Of a DNA stretch of 64,000 bases, positions 61,641 to 64,000 are shown in pieces. The notes beneath the pieces were generated by a model, which saw only the letters and a list, made by a program, of their open reading frames with translations, had not been told where the DNA came from and did no database searches. The DNA comes from Azolla caroliniana (taxonomy: Eukaryota; Plantae; Polypodiophyta), in assembly GCA_043228905.1 (NCBI GenBank), contig JBHGNT010000001.1:22444001-22508000 (forward strand). Reading direction: 5' to 3'. The position numbers and the translations under genes are program-made. Position 1 is the stretch's first letter, and each line of letters opens with the position of its first letter.

Positions 61641-64000
61641 ATGCAAAAAAAGGGAACTCGGCCACAACTTATTCAAATACGGAATAGGGAACACAAGCCG
61701 AAATAGAGAGAAAAAAAACAGAAATGAAAGTACGCAAGATATTAACGTGGAAAACCCCAAATGAGGGTAAAAACCACGGGTGCCCACAAACACCAAACAA
61801 ATCACTATAGACAGATGTACAATGAACAATGAACACACACACAGGCACTGACCTGAGTTCTCGCACCTCGTTGGGTGGCAGTTACAATAGAGGCACTCTC
61901 AGTGTCTCTCTCACTCTCCCTCTTGCTCCATCTGTTTTGCTGCAAAGACGACAATCTCCCACACAATGTACACAGTTACACAGATAACTAGATGAACAAG
62001 ACAACTCTACTCAACTAACTCACACAATCATAAGGTTTGCCCTAGTTATCTTTATACTTAGATCACTTTCAGGCTATTTACATAATTGGCCTAAGTAGGC
62101 ACGACTCAAACCTATTTACATTTTCCTTTGTCCTGAATTCGGCCCATCCGAAAGGGACTTAATTCTCAACAAACTCCCCCTTCACTTTGGATGGGGTTTC
62201 ACCAATCCAACCCAACTTTGACATGCTTCTAGCCTTTCTGCCAACAACACCTTTGTCAACATGTTGGATCCATTTTCCGATCTGTGGATTTTTGTCAGAG
62301 AAAATTCCCCTTCTTCTACCCGCTCTCGGAGGCAATGATATCTCCTTTGAATATGCTTGGTCCTTGAGTGGTAGGCCACATTCTTCACTAGATGGATGGC
62401 ACTTTGGTTGTCACAGTAGAGTCAGAATTCACCTTGTCAAATTCCAAACTCTCCCAAAAACTCCTTCATCCATATCAATTCCATACGACAACTCAGTCAA
62501 CTCATATATATGGTTTTCATGCAGGGAATCCATCTCGTCCTGCATGGCACTTATTCACTCTCTATTGTGGGTGTCCTTCTTTGCTTCCTCAAAGCTATCA
62601 GGCTCCCCCTCATCGGTTAGCAGCACATACTCTCTGTCTAAAATCTGTCGGGGGACCTTCTCTCAATAAGAGGATATCTTCTCTCCCTGGCCGACACAAT
62701 GGGATCCTCTTCAACTTCTTCAATCAGTTCTTCATCCAAGTCGGAATCAGCTATGTGTTTGTCTGACTGCCTCATTGCCTGTTCGACAATCCGCCTGTCT
62801 CTCGGTCTGATTTGTGTAGATTCGACTCTTGGCCCGATTTGACTGTCGACCCGAATTAGGTCGACTCTCCATGTTCTTCAATCGATGTCGGCTTCCAATT
62901 GTTCGGGAGGATGTGTTCGACTTTGAAAAAGAATATGTGCGGAAGCTAAGACAGAACCAACTCAGCCGGACAGCAACAGAATACTGACAGGTTTAATGGA
63001 ACCTTAAAAAATACACGGGAGAGACATAGAGAGCAGAATAGTGAACTTGATTCAAAATAATAACACTATATACATACAAATGTCCTACAGAACACTTTTT
63101 ATACAAGTCCTTAAAAGGACTACCAAAAGTACTAACAAGTACTTCAATGCTCATACGAGCGACTGACACTAACTCCAAGGAATCTGCCTACATACTAGGC
63201 TAAGATTGTAGACCTCTAACGGCCTACCGGTTACAATCTGATCCCTCTCTCTGATCCGGTTCCTGGTTCCGGATACCATCTGGACACCGATCCGGTTTTT
63301 CCTTCTGGATACCAATCCGACTCTGGCTTATTCAGCCGATCTAGATCCGGTTGAGCTTGTCCGCTCAACAGACTTCTTCTCCCAGTTGACAATAGTCCTT
63401 TCCTTCATGAAGACTATGTATCGGCTCGGAATGATCTTCTTGTCCATTAGGTCCCACATGCGATAACCAAATTCATCATCATCATAACCGAGAAAAATGC
63501 ATGGCCGAGATTTTAGATCCAATTTCCCCCTTTGATCCTTAGCCACATGCACATAGGCAAGACACCCAAACACCTTCAAGTGACGGTACAACACGTCTTT
63601 CCCAGTCCACACCCTTTGCAGAACATCTCCATCCAAGGGTGTTGAGGGTGATCAGTTAATCATGTACACTAGGGTCATCATCGCCTTAGCCCAAAACATC
63701 TTGGACAACTTAGCATGTGCTAGCATACCCTCTCCATAATGGTCTGGTTGATCCTCTCGGCCAACCCATTGAGTTCTGGCGTCTTTGGCATGGTATACCC
63801 GAGTCGGATAAGCTTCATCCGTTGGTACTATTCGAACTAACCTCGGTATTCTCCATTGTTTTCGGCTCGGACCGCTTTCATATGGTGACTGATCTCTCGC
63901 TCGACTCTCGCTTGGAACTCTCTAAAGACCAACAATACCTAGTCCTTCGTCTTCAAGACGAAAGCCCACAACTTTCCACTAAAGTCATTTATGAAGGTCA
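61641..64000 (-). mobile_element. Degenerate copia K (3' part) with most of RT deleted; runs off the right window edge
   Basis: 3' LTR ~61641-62171. PPT 62174-62184. RNase H end (ORF 62182..62388). Deletion at ~62480. INT (ORF 63328..63636). Confidence 0.88.
62924..63370 (-). repeat. Solo LTR of the D lineage inserted in K integrase
   Basis: TG..CA ends. TSD GACTT (62919-62923 and 63371-63375). Confidence 0.9.

Overview
This window is eukaryotic, very likely plant heterochromatin, and consists almost entirely of nested LTR retrotransposons. I see no host gene, rRNA, intact tRNA or CRISPR array. The letter names below are mine. I resolve about a dozen insertions from LTR ends, PBS/PPT and target-site duplications (TSDs). 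One Ty1/copia lineage includes near-intact A (1-4844), B, F, H, I and K. A second copia lineage includes D0, D1, D2, J and two solo LTRs, and a third copia family is called C. There are three Ty3/gypsy elements: E (tRNA-Trp PBS, 4-bp TSD), G (degenerate tRNA-Arg PBS, long extra 3' ORF) and T (chromodomain, Tcn1/Tf1-like). This lineage mix suggests a non-seed land plant (inference). The most notable signals are: (1) an 11-nt Tf1-type self-priming signature in T; (2) heat-shock-element arrays and a Pol III A/B-box-like module in the LTRs of T; (3) a Gag capsid swap in A; (4) a ~208-codon pol extension between two PPTs in family D; (5) TATA boxes in the loops of inverted repeats in five LTR lineages; and (6) strong CCGG enrichment. 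Coordinates were counted by hand and may be off by a few bases.
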